64,000 bases of DNA from Takakia lepidozioides (Eukaryota > Plantae > Bryophyta), in NCBI GenBank assembly GCA_030704615.1, contig CM060731.1:95418001-95482000 (forward strand), read 5' to 3'. Positions within the stretch are counted from its first letter, which is position 1, and each line of letters opens with the position of its first letter. Both the position numbers and the translations under genes were made by a program. Below the pieces are notes generated by a model that was given only the letters and a program-made list of their open reading frames with translations, had not been told where the DNA came from and made no database searches. This document shows positions 37,560 to 50,111 of the stretch, one piece after another.

Positions 37560-37708
37560 TGAGGTGCATGTTGTGTGGGTCTGCTAGAGGGGCAGCCACC
37601 ATGCTGGTGTGTGATCGATGCTCTAGAGGTTGGCATATGGGATGCTTGACTCCACCTCTTGAGATGGTTCCGGATGGGGATTGGTTATGTCCACATTGCA
37701 TTGGATAG
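37560..37708 (+). other. PHD finger at the integrase C-terminus
   Basis: CMLC-x11-CDRC-x3-WHMGC-LTPPL..VPDGDWLCPHC = C4HC3 with the conserved W. Confidence 0.92.
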
Positions 37709-37968
37709 TGGGAGTGGATACAACCATGGAAGGCTAACAAGAAACGCAAGGCCCAGCTACTCGGAGACCTTGAACACACGAGGTCCTGGCTCAAGTTCAC
37801 AGATTGTAAGACGGCGACTAACGATGGGGCTACTCTTGTACCCGGCCTCTTGGTCGATAGAGTTTGAGTACAATAGGGACAGTGATAGAGGACTTAATAC
37901 GGCTGTGGCTATTACATCTTGTAGCTATCTGGAGTTAGAGGGACCTATCCACCAGCTAGGGGGGCGAT

Positions 37969-38481
37969 TGTGGCAGACTACTTTATTGTGCATATATGTG
38001 TGGTGTGGTCTGGACAGCGATGTAGTTGTGTAGCGATATGTATGCGCACGACAGCTGTCAAGTTAAATAAACACAGTGTGAAACTAACTAGAATAAAGCT
38101 AGTTATTTGTACACTTGGATTTAGTTCAAGTGTTAAGTCAGGTGTCAAGTTTAGTTTGACACCTGAACCGTCTTATCTTCACGCGAGCGTCAGTCGTGCG
38201 GCTCATCTCTTGAGCCTGCGCGACCGAGCTCCTTCATGCTTTAGAATCTGAGTGTGCTTATGTAGGGGTATAGGTTGTTGTGGGGTGGAGTCCCCATAGC
38301 TTGGGGTGCCCCTGGCTCGACTATTATCTTAAAGAGTGATGTTGAGGGATTTCATGTTTCTTGTGTGAACAGTGTGTCCTTTAGCTTTCTTGTCATTGTG
38401 GCAGATTACTTTATTGTGCATATATATGTGGTGTGGTTTGGACAGCGATGTAGTTGTGTAGCGATATGTATGCGCACGACA
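37969..38481 (+). repeat. G2 3' terminal block: B1 (37969-38053) - GC - A2 (38056-38395) - T - B2 (38397-38481)
   Basis: B1 and B2 are 85 bp and differ at 3 positions; A2 repeats A1. Confidence 0.92.
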
Positions 38482-41400
38482 GATGGAATGGTGGAGGTGA
38501 TATACGAAGTAAGTCGTCCTCCCATTTCCCTCTGCTCATCCTTCCCCAATTTTCAGTAATCTTTCCACATGAATCGAATGTAACGCTTCTGCATGTTTTT
38601 GTTGGCAGTCAAACATCAAGCTGGATTTGGCCCATGCCAAACGCTTCTTCATGGAAAGTGAGGGGCAGGTCAAAACGTTGCAGTCATTGACTGAGCACTT
38701 GAAGGAAGCCGGGGTCAAGTCCAGAACGAAATACAAGTCAAAGCTTGTGAAGCTGGTGGCCATTGCAGATCCGGCACTTGGAAAAAACTTCATCCCCGAG
38801 ATTGCAAAACACTATTCTCGGGCCATGCAGCCGACCATGCAGTTGGAGAAACTGCATCACCTCTCAACGGCATGTGTTGAAGCGAAAGAGAAGGTGATGT
38901 TTCAATGCACTGAAGTTCCTTCCTAGTAATAGCCACTCTTCTTCCTGCTCCTGACATTGGATCGGAAATGGCAGACACGGTGGCTGTCGATCTGGAATGC
39001 ATCGGAGAGTATAAGGACAATGTGGTCTTTTCCACTCGAAGTTTCCGACCCTGCAGTGGATGTGTGGCTCAACCGCATGACTTGGTGGTTCCAGGTAATT
39101 CAAGGTACTTCCCCAGATTTGCTTTTCTGAAATGAATTCCCTGAACTGCTACGTGACAATGCATGTGGGAATCGCAGGTAATGACGAATGCGAAGGAGCA
39201 AGTCGTAATGCATACAAATTCGTTCGGCTTGTACGTCAAATGGGATGGAACACAGACATTGGAAGACTACGTGACACGTTTCAGATGTGCGTACAAGGAC
39301 AACCTCTTCGCGAGGGAGCTGCAGACAGCAAGAAAGAGCGTGGAGTTTACACATCAGGAGGCGGGAAAAGCTGCAATTCGAATTGTTTACAGGTGAAGCC
39401 CAGCTGTCCTTGTATGCAAAGCCTGGTTATGAGGTTTGTCTGGGAAATGCGGCACCGCATTCGCATTTTAAGTTTTCGGTTGCACTCTGCGAGTACGTTG
39501 GTCTCAACTTTTGCTCACGCATGCTGACTGCCCTGCAGGTATATGAAATACGTGCTTCTTCAAACAGGGGCCCTGGCTCAAGAGCCCCCGCTCTTCATGG
39601 CTTGGACCGTGGCGGGCCCAAGCAGTGTCTACACACCCGAGATGCAGAAACAATGGCATGCCGCGCATCTGGTTGGATGCCCGTGGTACCTGGACATGTC
39701 TGGCGGAATTGTTGACGAGTCTGAGAAAGATCTGCACGTGAAAGCAGAAGATAAGAGAAAGGAAAGACGTGTCCCTGCTCGGCCAGAGTCGGCAAAGGAA
39801 GCTGCTGCTCTGGAACAATCCAGAAAGGCAGCTGAGATGGCACAGAAGACGGTGGATGCAGCTGTGCAGGCTCAACAGAAGGGGTCCAAGAAGCGGACTC
39901 ACCAGCAAGGAGCAGCAGTTGTGACACCTAAGAAAACGAAGAAGCAGAAACAGATATTGCAGGTAGAGGGTGAGGAAGAGGACTCCGATTGAGACTTTGC
40001 AACCAGCCCACCCCCCGAAACGCAGCCAAAATCCCTTGTGCCCACCGTTGTCACGAGAGGGACGAGAACTGGCTCGGCAAAGAAGGCACTCTTCAACCCC
40101 CCGGGGGGGCACCCTTTCGAGCCGGTGGAAATGAAGAGGCCAAAAGTGGATCCCGATACAGTAGTCCAGTGTGTGAATGAGAGTTTCTTGGCGGCTTTGG
40201 ATGGAGGGGCAGCCAAGTTGGCATACATGAAGACCATGGAGGGTCTGAAGGGCAGAGCACTGAAGAAGGCGGCTGCCGAAGAGCCTTCCGACACCCCTGG
40301 GTTTCTGAAGATGGTCTCGTTCTTTGAGAGGGTGTGTGCAGACAAGGATTGCAGGAGGGGCGGAAATGCCACCGAGTGGTCTTGCGATATGATCATCTTG
40401 GATATTCCGGATGGAGAGCCTGTGGAAGGACTGCAAGCTTTGCCATCTTGGAACAGGTACTCCGAGGACTTTGGAAGAAAGGATTCGGGCTCGCCCGCAT
40501 GGTGTTGGACGACAGAGGCTGTGTGGTTGTCCTGGCGAGCAGAGGCAAAAACACGCAGACAAGAATTGCGAAGTGGACCCGCAAGAGCGCCATCCCAATT
40601 CTGAAGAAGAAGTGGACGTGCATCAACACATTGGGCCTTTGGTCGGAAGGGAAGAAGGTAATTACGACATTGGCACTCGTCCTTTCATTTTCTTAGGAGT
40701 TTTGAAATGCGGTGCTGCATTCGATTTCTAATTGTTCCTCACTGTGTATGCAGACGAAGCAGTTCGATGCATACTGTTTTGTGAAGGAGAACTCCACCTT
40801 TGCTTTCCAAAAGGAGAGATTGTTGGTTGACCCGAACTGTGACCCCATCGATTACGACGTCCTGTTCAACAACGTTCCCACGGAACTTCTCCCTCATAGC
40901 CTCACTTCAACTGAACCCCTGCGGTATTCACGCACTCGGAGCCCTGCCTTCATTCAGACAATTATGGAGACATGCACTGACGTGGAGGGCACAGTGCTCG
41001 ACCTCATCTGTGGGACAGGTATGCAGAATCTTGTTCTATGCTGTTCTGCAAATTCTCGTTATGCTTTAATTCGCAACATCTGAAGGGCCATGTCATAATG
41101 TGTGGATGGCATTGTAACAGGTGCCTCAATGTGGGCTGGGTGGTTTTCCAACCGGCACCTCTTTGCCTACGAGGAGGACACATCCGTCTGGGGATCCCAT
41201 CTGGAAGGGCTGCAACGGAATGTGAAGACTCCCATCGAAGCCAAAGACTCCTCGGATTTGTCGGAGTCGGAGGAAAAGACAGTGGACATTGATGCCGAGG
41301 AGAACCCGGAATACGAGTGAGTGCAAACATTGTAAGTTTGCAAAGCCTTCTGGGTGATTTTTTGTCAAACGCATTTCCGGACTGTGGTTCTCATTGGTCT

Positions 41401-42029
41401 CGTTGGTGATTGTTATGTGCAGGATTCTAAGATCCGGGTCGAAACATGTAGGGCCTACACTTCTTGCCAAGAAGAATGTCCCATTCTTTGCGAGGGGCGA
41501 CTTCATGACGAGCCCGGTGAAGGACTACTCCCTTCCTAGTTATGCAGCTAAACTTGCAAATACAGCGATTAGACGATGTGAGAATCCCAGTAAAGTAGAG
41601 CAGATTTTGGAGAGGTGCTAGGGAGGACAGAAGGATAAGGAAAGAGTTGGCAACAGCTGAGACAGGTAGACGGGTGCGAAAGTTCATATGTGATTCAGTG
41701 GATGAGAGCGATGCAGACAGGGAGGACGACGAGCCAACGGAGGTGAGATGGTTGGTTCCGCAAGGTGAAGATGGGATTTTCAAAAGCCTGGCCAACGAGC
41801 AGTCCGCTGGAGATGAGAAAGGCAATGACGGGGTGGAGGCGGAGCAGGACAGTCAAGGACATGACGACGATAGTGATGATTTTCAAGATTAATAGAATTT
41901 TAATGAACTCTCTGTACATTTAAATTCTATTCCAGAGTATATAAAGGAAATTCTCCCCGTCCTTCATGTCCCCTCTCCCATGTGCTTCTCAACGACAACA
42001 TCGTCCAAACCTGGTCCCTCCCAAAATCG

Positions 42030-42100
42030 GAGGTTAGCTATTTCATGAGCATGAGCGGCATGAGCGGAGTAGTAAGACAATCGGTTTTCATGAGCAGAAG
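42030..42100 (+). repeat. TIR-like end of subfamily B
   Basis: GAGGTTAGCTATTTCATGAGCATGAGCGGCATGAGCGG. Confidence 0.78.
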
Positions 42101-42392
42101 TACAAATTTCGAAAATAAAAAACAATAAAAAAACATTAATTTAATGCAATGTGTCAGGAAAAACAAATATATTATTCGGCCCCTTGAAGGGAAAATTGTA
42201 GTTTTGACAGTTGTGCTCATGATATTTCGTCTTCCGCTCATGCCAATTCCCAGCGACATGTGCAAATATGGCGCCGAATTTCGCGGTAATAGGGTCTGTA
42301 ACCTGAAAAAACGGCGACGTATTTCACGGTAATAGGTCTCTCTGGCGAAAAATGGTGCCGAATTCCGCGGCTATAGGTCCCCTCATGACAGG

Positions 42393-42700
42393 TAATTCGG
42401 CGCCATTTTTCCAGTGCATGTTCGGACTTAGCCAGTTTTCGGCGCAAAATAGGGAAATTCGGCGCCATTTTTCCAGACACTGTACCAGTGCATATTGGGA
42501 CTTAGCCAGTTTTCGGCCCAAAAAAGAGAAATTCGGCGCCATTTTTCCAGACACGGTACCAGTGCATGTTGGGACTTAGCCAGTTTTCGGCCCAAAAAGA
42601 GAAATTCGGCGCCATTTTCCCAGACACAGGTACCAGTGCATGTTGGGACTTAGCCAGTTTCGGCCCCAAAAAGAGAAATTCGGCGCCATTTTTCCAGAAA
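42393..42700. repeat. Subterminal tandem repeat, 74-bp unit x ~4, containing GAAATTCGGCGCCATTTT
   Basis: CAGTGCAT recurs at 42412, 42486, 42560, 42634. Confidence 0.92.
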
Positions 42701-45420
42701 TGGCCCCACAACTGCTTTTGTTGGATCTCAGTTTGAATGGAATATTGCCTCATTCCAGGAGTTTTGGGGTGCATTTCATTACACTGCAGAAAAAAGTCTG
42801 ATACAGCAAAATGCAATTGAAAATATCCATATGGAGGATTCCCTTTGCCCCATCAATGATTTCTGGAATCCCTAAGGAGGAGTTTGTGCAGCTCGTTCAC
42901 GCTCAACGCCGGTGCATGAATAAAGTCATCAATAGTCACGTTCATCCTCAACCTCTTCAGGTAAATGTAATACAGATGCTTGCACGGATAATACTTCGAA
43001 CCCTTCTTTGCTTCCATCAACGAGAAGTCCGTACAATTGCAAGTCGGCTCCACTCCAATCGTAATTGTGTATACATCGTCGCATACAGCCGAGCCGGCCG
43101 TTGCCATCCGATACACACGCCCAAGGCCGGGTGGGGGTACGTCCACAGAGCTCTGAATAGTGCAAGCCATCCCAAGAGCATTGGCAATCCGAGTCTCATT
43201 CAACTTGTTGGGAGGGTGTCGTCTCTTCACTCTTCCGAATCGCATTGTGGGATGTGCATAATTGTCCAATCCGTCTCTACTGGACCGAGCAGTCTGCAAT
43301 GGCTGGGTCTGAGGAACCGGAAATGCGTGGGCCGGGATGTCTGTGCGTTGCACCATTCGAAATCCTGCTGCAGATAGAGCATCCGCCTCATTCTGAGAGA
43401 GGCTGCAACCCGGTGCAACAGGCCAAACGCCCGGAGGCTCTGGCATTCCCTGAATCCCGTACTTGGGCTTGCCAAATACACAGGTCATTATGTCGTGCCT
43501 ACAGAACCAAAATGTCTGCGTTGTGGCGTGAGCAAATGTGGGAGTCAAAAATCTGTCGCTGAAACAAGATGCAGGTACAGCACTGTGTGGGTTCCTCCGA
43601 ATCATCTCACCACAGCGTGCTCTTGTATCCACCCGGATGGCGCAGCACTTCCCTCGAAATGCCGGCAATGTCCTCGCAATTCTCCACTGTGACTCCGACA
43701 CTCTTGTCTCCACAATGGGAATGTTTAACTGCTTTACTACAGATGGCTCGTTATGTTGCCGGGGCACGCGCCCTGTGCTCAAAGGAGATGGCGATCTTGA
43801 ACGTGCAGGACTTGCGGTGCTCGACGAGACCTCCTCGGGCAACATCACCGGACCACGAGGGAGCGTGCGAATATTCTTGTCAGCTCGCCATGAATCCTCT
43901 TCTCCGCCAGGTGCCTCGTCAAGTCTTCATCTCACTGGACGGGTATGAACATCTCCTTCCAAATGTCGGCCTCTTCGCAGCAATGGCGTGTCCCAAAGGC
44001 CCTCTCGCAAGGCCGCCGCCCACTTCCGAGGATTCTTCAATCTAGAGGTAGTCCGCATCAGCATTTCCTGCCTGTCCGGCCCCAAGCCCCACTGTTTCCC
44101 TTTCAAGAACTCGTTGTACCTGCATTGCTGCATAATTGACCTCACAATGTCCTCCGTTGTGGCAGTGAGGATGTCCACCAGATGCGCCGCAGAGGAGGCA
44201 CGCCAGGAAGAGTGCACTGATTCGGCCATGTTTGTCGTGGGCATGTTGGTGTCGGAGTCGAGACACATTTCCTGCACAAGCACATGTTGAGGTTACAAGC
44301 AAGTTACAAATATGGCCAAGAATAATATTCAACGGGACGCGAATTCGTGCAACTCACCTCCCGCATATAGTCGCCAAACTGGAGGAAACGATAATGCCAC
44401 CATGCTAGCCAACTGACCATTGCTCCCTCGTCTGATTTCCTTACAGCACCTGACGATGTCCACCAAGCCCGTATACATGCAAACTGTGTCCCTGCATCAT
44501 CCAAGGTGGGAGCGCGCTTCCACGCAAGGCACATGGAACGGTGCTCCTCTCTGAAATTTGGCGCCACGAGCCTGGTTGTGTACTGCGAAAGGCTCTGCAG
44601 AAAATGGAACCCACAAGATCTCTCCTTGCCTTCCATGGGAACATTGGGGTCTTGCCCGTACACCCTTCGGATGGCAGCCCAATTTGCTTGTGCGTTGTCC
44701 GCCATGAAACCACGGAAATTGGGAGGGGGCAATCCCGCCTTGGCCATCTGTTCATTTATTCCCTGCCAAAGAAGCATCTCCGATTGTGTGTCCTCTCCTT
44801 TCATCTCACAAATAGCAATTGTCATTAGCATCCTGCAGTGGGTGTCGTAGACATGTGCACCCATTGTCACCCACTGGTGATTTGTAATTCGCTTGATATG
44901 GTCGAACATGACCCAACTGTTTGACAAGTCCCCACTCGTCATCTTGACGACCAGTTCGACGCCACTGCCAGGTCCACACGTGGATATTTTGAATACGAAA
45001 CAACGATTTGCCTCAGTCCCTTGTCCTGGAAACCTACTTCCATGAATGTAGTCAATCCACATCGTCGCTTCACCTCCAGAATGGAGTGCATATCCGAGCC
45101 ACGCCCAATTTTCTGTTTGCATGAGACAATGTGGTTTCGGACATTCGGTGAACATACGTGGGACACCGACTCCAGCAATGCCTCCATTTCCTTCTCATCG
45201 AAAGGAACTCTATCGGAGCCGTCTTCCGACATAATTCTGGCCAATGCCATCTTATGGGCGGCTTGGAGTTGTATCTGTTTGGGTTTGGCACCCGGTCTCA
45301 ACTTAACCTCCTCCTGAACGAGCTGCTCTGCTTCGTGGGCAGCCTCCCGCGAGTTCCCCCTCGCCAATTTGTGACAATGGGAACCAACGTGTATGCAAGC
45401 TCGGGTGAGGTCAGGGAAAC

Positions 45421-46169
45421 TGTCGCGCACCTCACTCCGGTAAGCTCCCCTTCAAGTCATAGTTACTCGCTTTGATGCGCGCGCCTGACTCCCAACCTGG
45501 CCGCCCGGGCCAACTTGGAGCTTCGGCTGCTCACCGGGACATAACGGTCCCCCCTTCGCTTCCTTCTAAACCCTCCACCTCTTTGGGACTAGGAGAATTC
45601 CCTTTGGTAGATGGCAGTCCGGAACAGCTCCCCACTCTTTGGTCGCTTTCCGGCTCGCTCGCTTACTCACTAGTTTTTGGTCACCAACGGGCTTGCACCG
45701 TTCTCGGGGTTACTACTCCCTATATATACTTCTGTAGCTGTCCGCGGGGGTTCCACAACCAGCCATGCCATTTTATGGCGAACCACCACGAAAACCCTCG
45801 ACTCCCGGTGGTGAGTCGCGGTGAGTCTTGGCCCGCTCACCACGGCCCCTATGGACCGTGATGAGTCCCAAGACTCCCCACGACTCCCACCACGAGGTCT
45901 CCGCCCCCATGGTGAGTCCTATGCCACCCCCACTAAGTCCCACTAAGCTACCACCACCCCTTGTGGAGCCAACCCCACCGCTTGTGGAGCCACCCCCACC
46001 GCAACCCGGTGTGCGGGGCTCCACCTAGTGAGCGCCTCCGCTTCCCTGAGTGCCTTGGGCACTCAAGGGTGCCTCAGCCCCCCCATACCTATCGCTGCCG
46101 CTGCCCCCACCACAGGGGCAGCCCCTGATGTGTCCCGACCCCCTGCCCTCAAGGCAAAGGGCCGCGACA
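45421..46169 (-). repeat. Chromovirus 3' LTR (749 bp)
   Basis: Near-identical to 51691-52438. Confidence 0.97.
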
Positions 46170-47074
46170 CACACCCCTACCAACAGGGAGTCGATGTCCT
46201 CATCGACTTGTCCATTTTGTAGAAACGAACATCCAAGTTGTGGCGTCCCACATCAAGGAGTTTGTTTCTGTACCATGGCGTCCCATGGCAAAGAACCAAA
46301 CCCCACACTTGACTCTACTCTCCACTAGCTAGTTCGGCCGACTTCCTCCAAGTCCCGGCCAAGGGTGGAGCCTCTCCAGCTCCTCTCAGTGCACTCTTCT
46401 TGGCCTACTTCAAGGCCAAGGAACGATCCTCCCCGAGGATCGAATCGCCTTACTGCAACAACATTGCTTGCGATCGCTCATGATGCCGCTTTTGGCATCA
46501 CCTTGAGCAAGGGTTCACCTGGAACCCTCTTTGACTAGGAAGATAACCTTGAACCAACCGTGCGCCCCAATCACTACAATTGGGTCCGCCTTGGAATGCT
46601 GGCCTGAGGTACGGGAACACGTCGAAGCCGCACTACGACTTCGTCCCGAGGTTACACGATTATAGTACGTGAACGGAAGCACGTAGCTTCCGCGTTAGCC
46701 CGCACTACAAGGCAACCCCCTCGGTAGCGCAGTTATAGTACGCGCACGCGCCAGGTGCGCACTAGCACGTGAACTCCCAAAGAAGGCGCAAGTTTCCTTG
46801 CCCCTGGGATGGGAGTCACCCGATTTCGGCACTGCGCAAACACACGATTACCCAATTTACCTCTCCCACTTTTGTAAGCTAGCATGCATTCTACACACTA
46901 GCCAAACACACCATGCATCACCATTCCAAACACAATAGGACGCATAATATTTGGAACCCATTTCCTTTATAACAAATGTTTGTACAATACAAGTTTTTGC
47001 AATCGGATTCCCGAGCTAGCTAAACCGGGCTAAGCATGCATTTCCTCCCCCACGCTCCAAGGTTGATGTCCCCA

Positions 47075-49200
47075 TCAACGTTTCTTCCGCTTTTGAGGTC
47101 GCCCTTCGAACGCTGCAACTGCCTCGGATGCGTTTCCCATTTCTGAGGCACGCACCCAAGATGCCTCCACAAGATGATAGCCCTTCCATTTGACGAGATA
47201 CTCTGTTTCTCGGTTCTTGAACCTCCTCGACTTAAGTATTGCCTCCACCTCGTACTCAGGTTCATTTTCATGATCCAACAGCATAGGTGGCGGACGCAAC
47301 ACTTGCTGCCGATTCGGACGTGCTTCATCTTTGAAGTAAGGCTTCAAAAGGGAGACATGGAATACTGGGTGCACCTTGCTGTTTGCCGGCAGCTCCAATT
47401 CATACACATCCTCATTCATAACCCTCCGAATGCGAAAGGGACCCGCATACGGAGGTACGAACTTCGGACTCACTTCCGGAGGTAGTCGAAAATTCTTGAT
47501 GTTCAACCAGACCTCTGTGCCTGCCTCAAACTTCACTTCCCTCCGCTTCCGATTCGCCTGCCTTTCATACCGTTTCCTAGCTTTGGCAATGTTGTACTTT
47601 GCGAGCTTCAACAAACGCTCGCGTTCTTCCAGTACCGCCGCTACTGCCGGTTCCTCAACGTCCTGGGCGGCCCAACTTGTCGGCACCAGAGGTGCTTTTC
47701 CATAGACCAACACAAAAGGGGAAACTCCCGTCGCGGAGTGTTCTGTGTTATTATAACAGAACTCTGCCGCGTCTAAGTGTTCCATCCAGTCTGATTGGTC
47801 TGCCGACACGTAATTCCGCAAGAATTGCTTCACTACGGAATTCACTCTTTCCGTTTGGCCGTCCGTCGTAGGTCGGAAGGCGGTGCTCATCTTCAGCCTC
47901 GTCCCCATCTTCTTCCAAAGTGCTCTCCAGAATTTACTCGTAAACTTTGGATCGCGGTCCGAGACAATATCCTTCGGGACTCCATGATGCTTTAAGACGT
48001 GGGCGAAGTAAAGTCGCCCTGTCTCCTGCGCCGTTGCCGTCTCCTTGGTGGGGATGAAATGGGCCATTTTACTGAACCTATCTACCACCACCATGATTGC
48101 ATCGAATCCTTTTGACAACGGCATAGCAGTCATGAAATCCATCGAGACGCTTTCCCAAGTCCCCTCTGGAATCGGCAAGGGTTGTAACAGCCCCGCTTGC
48201 TTTTTGTACTCGCTCCGGTTTTGTTGGCATGTGGTGCATGTCTTGACATACTCCTCTGCCTCCTCCCTCAGTTTGGGCCAGAAATATTCTTTCTTCAAGA
48301 GTGCCGCAGTGCGCTTGGCTCCACCGTGGCCCGCAAGCGGGCTATCATGGCATTCTCTCAAGAGACTATCCCTGATCCCTCCCTTTGGCACATAGAGACG
48401 TTTTTGCTTATACCGGAGCAGTCCGTTTTGCAAGTGGAACTGCGATTTAACCCCCATTCTCAAGTCCTGCATCACGCACTTTGCCAGCTCATCCTTCCGG
48501 CAAGCCTTCCGGATCTTCCTTTGGAGCGCCGTCTCGCCCTTGTACACCAACAAGAGCTGCTGCTTTCTACTTAAAGCATCGGCCACCACATTGTCCCGTC
48601 CCGGTTTGTACTGGATATCCACGTCGAACACTGCCAAAGTATCTTGCCACCTAAGTTGTTTTGGGGACAACTTGGGCTGCGTGGCAAAATACTTCACCGT
48701 GACATTGTCCGTGAACACCTTCACTGGGTTGGAACCAACATAGTGGCGCCAGAGTTCAAGGCAATGCACCACCGCCTTCATCTCTTTTTCGTGCGTCGGC
48801 CACCGTCGCTCCACTTCATTCAGTTTCTTACTTTCGTAAGCCACTGGACGTCCATCTTGCATAAGTATACCCCCAATTGCGAAGTCCGATGCATCTGTAT
48901 GAATCTCAAACGGACGATCGAACTCCGGGATTTTCAAGACTGGAGCTTCCGTCATCCGCTGCTTCAATTCAGCAAAAGCTTGGCCACAAAATGTGTTCCA
49001 TACCCAGACTTTGGATTTACACAGAAGGTCCGACAGCGGCCCCGCGATCTTGGCGAAATTTCTCACATACTTCCGGTAATAGGAGGCGAGTCCTAGGAAG
49101 GATCGCACTCCCGGGACCGAAGTCGGAGGCTCCCAGTCCAAGATCGCCCTCACCTTTCTGTCATCCATTTTGATCCCATCCTGTGTAATCACATGCCCAA
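47075..49200 (-). CDS. Chromovirus RNase H - integrase - chromodomain
   Basis: [30 protein letters not shown] motif, EYEVEAIL...[12 protein letters not shown]. Confidence 0.95.
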
Positions 49201-50100
49201 GAACTCCACTTTTGTGACCCCGAATTCGCACTTTGAAGCTTTGGCATACAGCTTCCCTTCTCGCAATTTTTGGAACACCCTTTTGAGGTGCTCCAGGTGC
49301 TCCTCCTTTGTTTTTGAGTACACCAAGATGTCGTCGATGTACACGATCACAAAGTCATCCAACCACTCCTGGAAAAGGCTGTTCATCAGCGTGCTAAATG
49401 TCGCTGGTGCATTGGTGAGCCCAAAAGGCATCACCAAGAACTCATATGAACCATACCTTGTCCTGCACGCGGTCTTCTCCTCATCTCCTTCTGCCACCCG
49501 AATTTGGTGATAGCCGGAGCGCAAGTCGATCCGGCTGAAATACTTTGCTCCTGCCAACCAATCGAAGAGGTCGTCGATCCTTGGCAAAGGGTACCGGTTT
49601 TTGATAGTCACCTTATTCAGAGCCCTGTAATCGACACACATCCGCAGCGTCCCATCCTTCTTGTCTGCAAATAGCACCGGGGCTCCGTAAGGTGACTTAC
49701 TCGGCCGGATGTACCCCTTTGACATTAGATCCTTGAGCTGAGTCTTCAGCTCGACCAACTCTCTGTGGCTCAACCGGTACGGCGCCTTGGCAGGCGGTCC
49801 CGATCCCGGTATCACCTCAATCTTGTGGTCAACTCCTCTTCGCGGTGGCAAGCCGCTTGGTAAATCCTCCGGCATCACATCCTGGTATTTCTCCAAAATC
49901 CCCTTGATCCAATTTGGGCTCGGCTCCCCATCGCCTTCTCCTTTCACTTCTCTAATGTAAAGCAAAAACTGGGACTCGTGTGCCTCCTCCACGGCCCACT
50001 CCTTTGCTGATAGAAGGTTTATTCGCCCTCCCACGGATTTGGGCGTTTCCGACACTCGTAAAACCTCGCCACCATTCCCACATGGCAGCGTGACTACTCT
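49189..50100 (-). CDS. Chromovirus reverse transcriptase
   Basis: IDLRSGY, MPFGL, YIDD; 1-bp frameshifts near 50118 and 49200. Confidence 0.95.
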   Translation of the reverse strand, partial: RVVTLPCGNGGEVLRVSETPKSVGGRINLLSAKEWAVEEAHESQFLLYIREVKGEGDGEPSPNWIKGILEKYQDVMPEDLPSGLPPRRGVDHKIEVIPGSGPPAKAPYRLSHRELVELKTQLKDLMSKGYIRPSKSPYGAPVLFADKKDGTLRMCVDYRALNKVTIKNRYPLPRIDDLFDWLAGAKYFSRIDLRSGYHQIRVAEGDEEKTACRTRYGSYEFLVMPFGLTNAPATFSTLMNSLFQEWLDDFVIVYIDDILVYSKTKEEHLEHLKRVFQKLREGKLYAKASKCEFGVTKVEFLGM

Positions 50101-50111
50101 CTTGCGGCCAT

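Larger units (their letters stand above)
32103..37708 (+). pseudogene. G2 pol: protease - C5 DNA methyltransferase - RT - RNase H - integrase - PHD
   Basis: VLLDSGAQ (32615); RT LDLLSGY/YIDD (35090-35300); RNase H HTDWS/EGECLA; integrase HEELGH..C..C, WSLDF, TDQG, LAER. ORFs at 32103, 32673, 33261, 33654, 34236, 34749, 36144, 36432 and 36729 share one frame, broken only by stops. Confidence 0.92.
27403..38481 (+). mobile_element. Ty3/gypsy retrotransposon G2 with Pol-embedded C5 DNA methyltransferase, PHD finger, captured host sequences and split direct repeats
   Basis: TG...CA ends, 4-bp TSD GATG (27399-27402, 38482-38485), PR-DNMT-RT-RH-INT order, purine tract at 37957-37967. Confidence 0.92.
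27236..41892 (+). pseudogene. ParB-MTase-like gene, subfamily A copy A2, interrupted by gypsy G2 and lacking exon 1
   Basis: Exon VTENAYVHTHMAHMLYRV...TWYRLTMD|GMVEVIYE is split at 27402/38482; 38667-42029 is near-identical to 1-3366; stop at 39990, frameshifts near 40470 and 41616. Confidence 0.8.

Noticed and set aside
27403-38481. DIRS/PAT/Ngaro element, suggested by split repeats and a methyltransferase
   Set aside because: It encodes an aspartic protease and an HHCC-DDE integrase, has TG...CA ends and a TSD, and no tyrosine recombinase motif was found; the methyltransferase is C5-type.
45472-46328. Pro-rich ORFs within the chromovirus LTRs (duplicated at 51741-52518)
   Set aside because: GC-rich LTR sequence, antisense to the element; duplication reflects LTR identity, not coding constraint.
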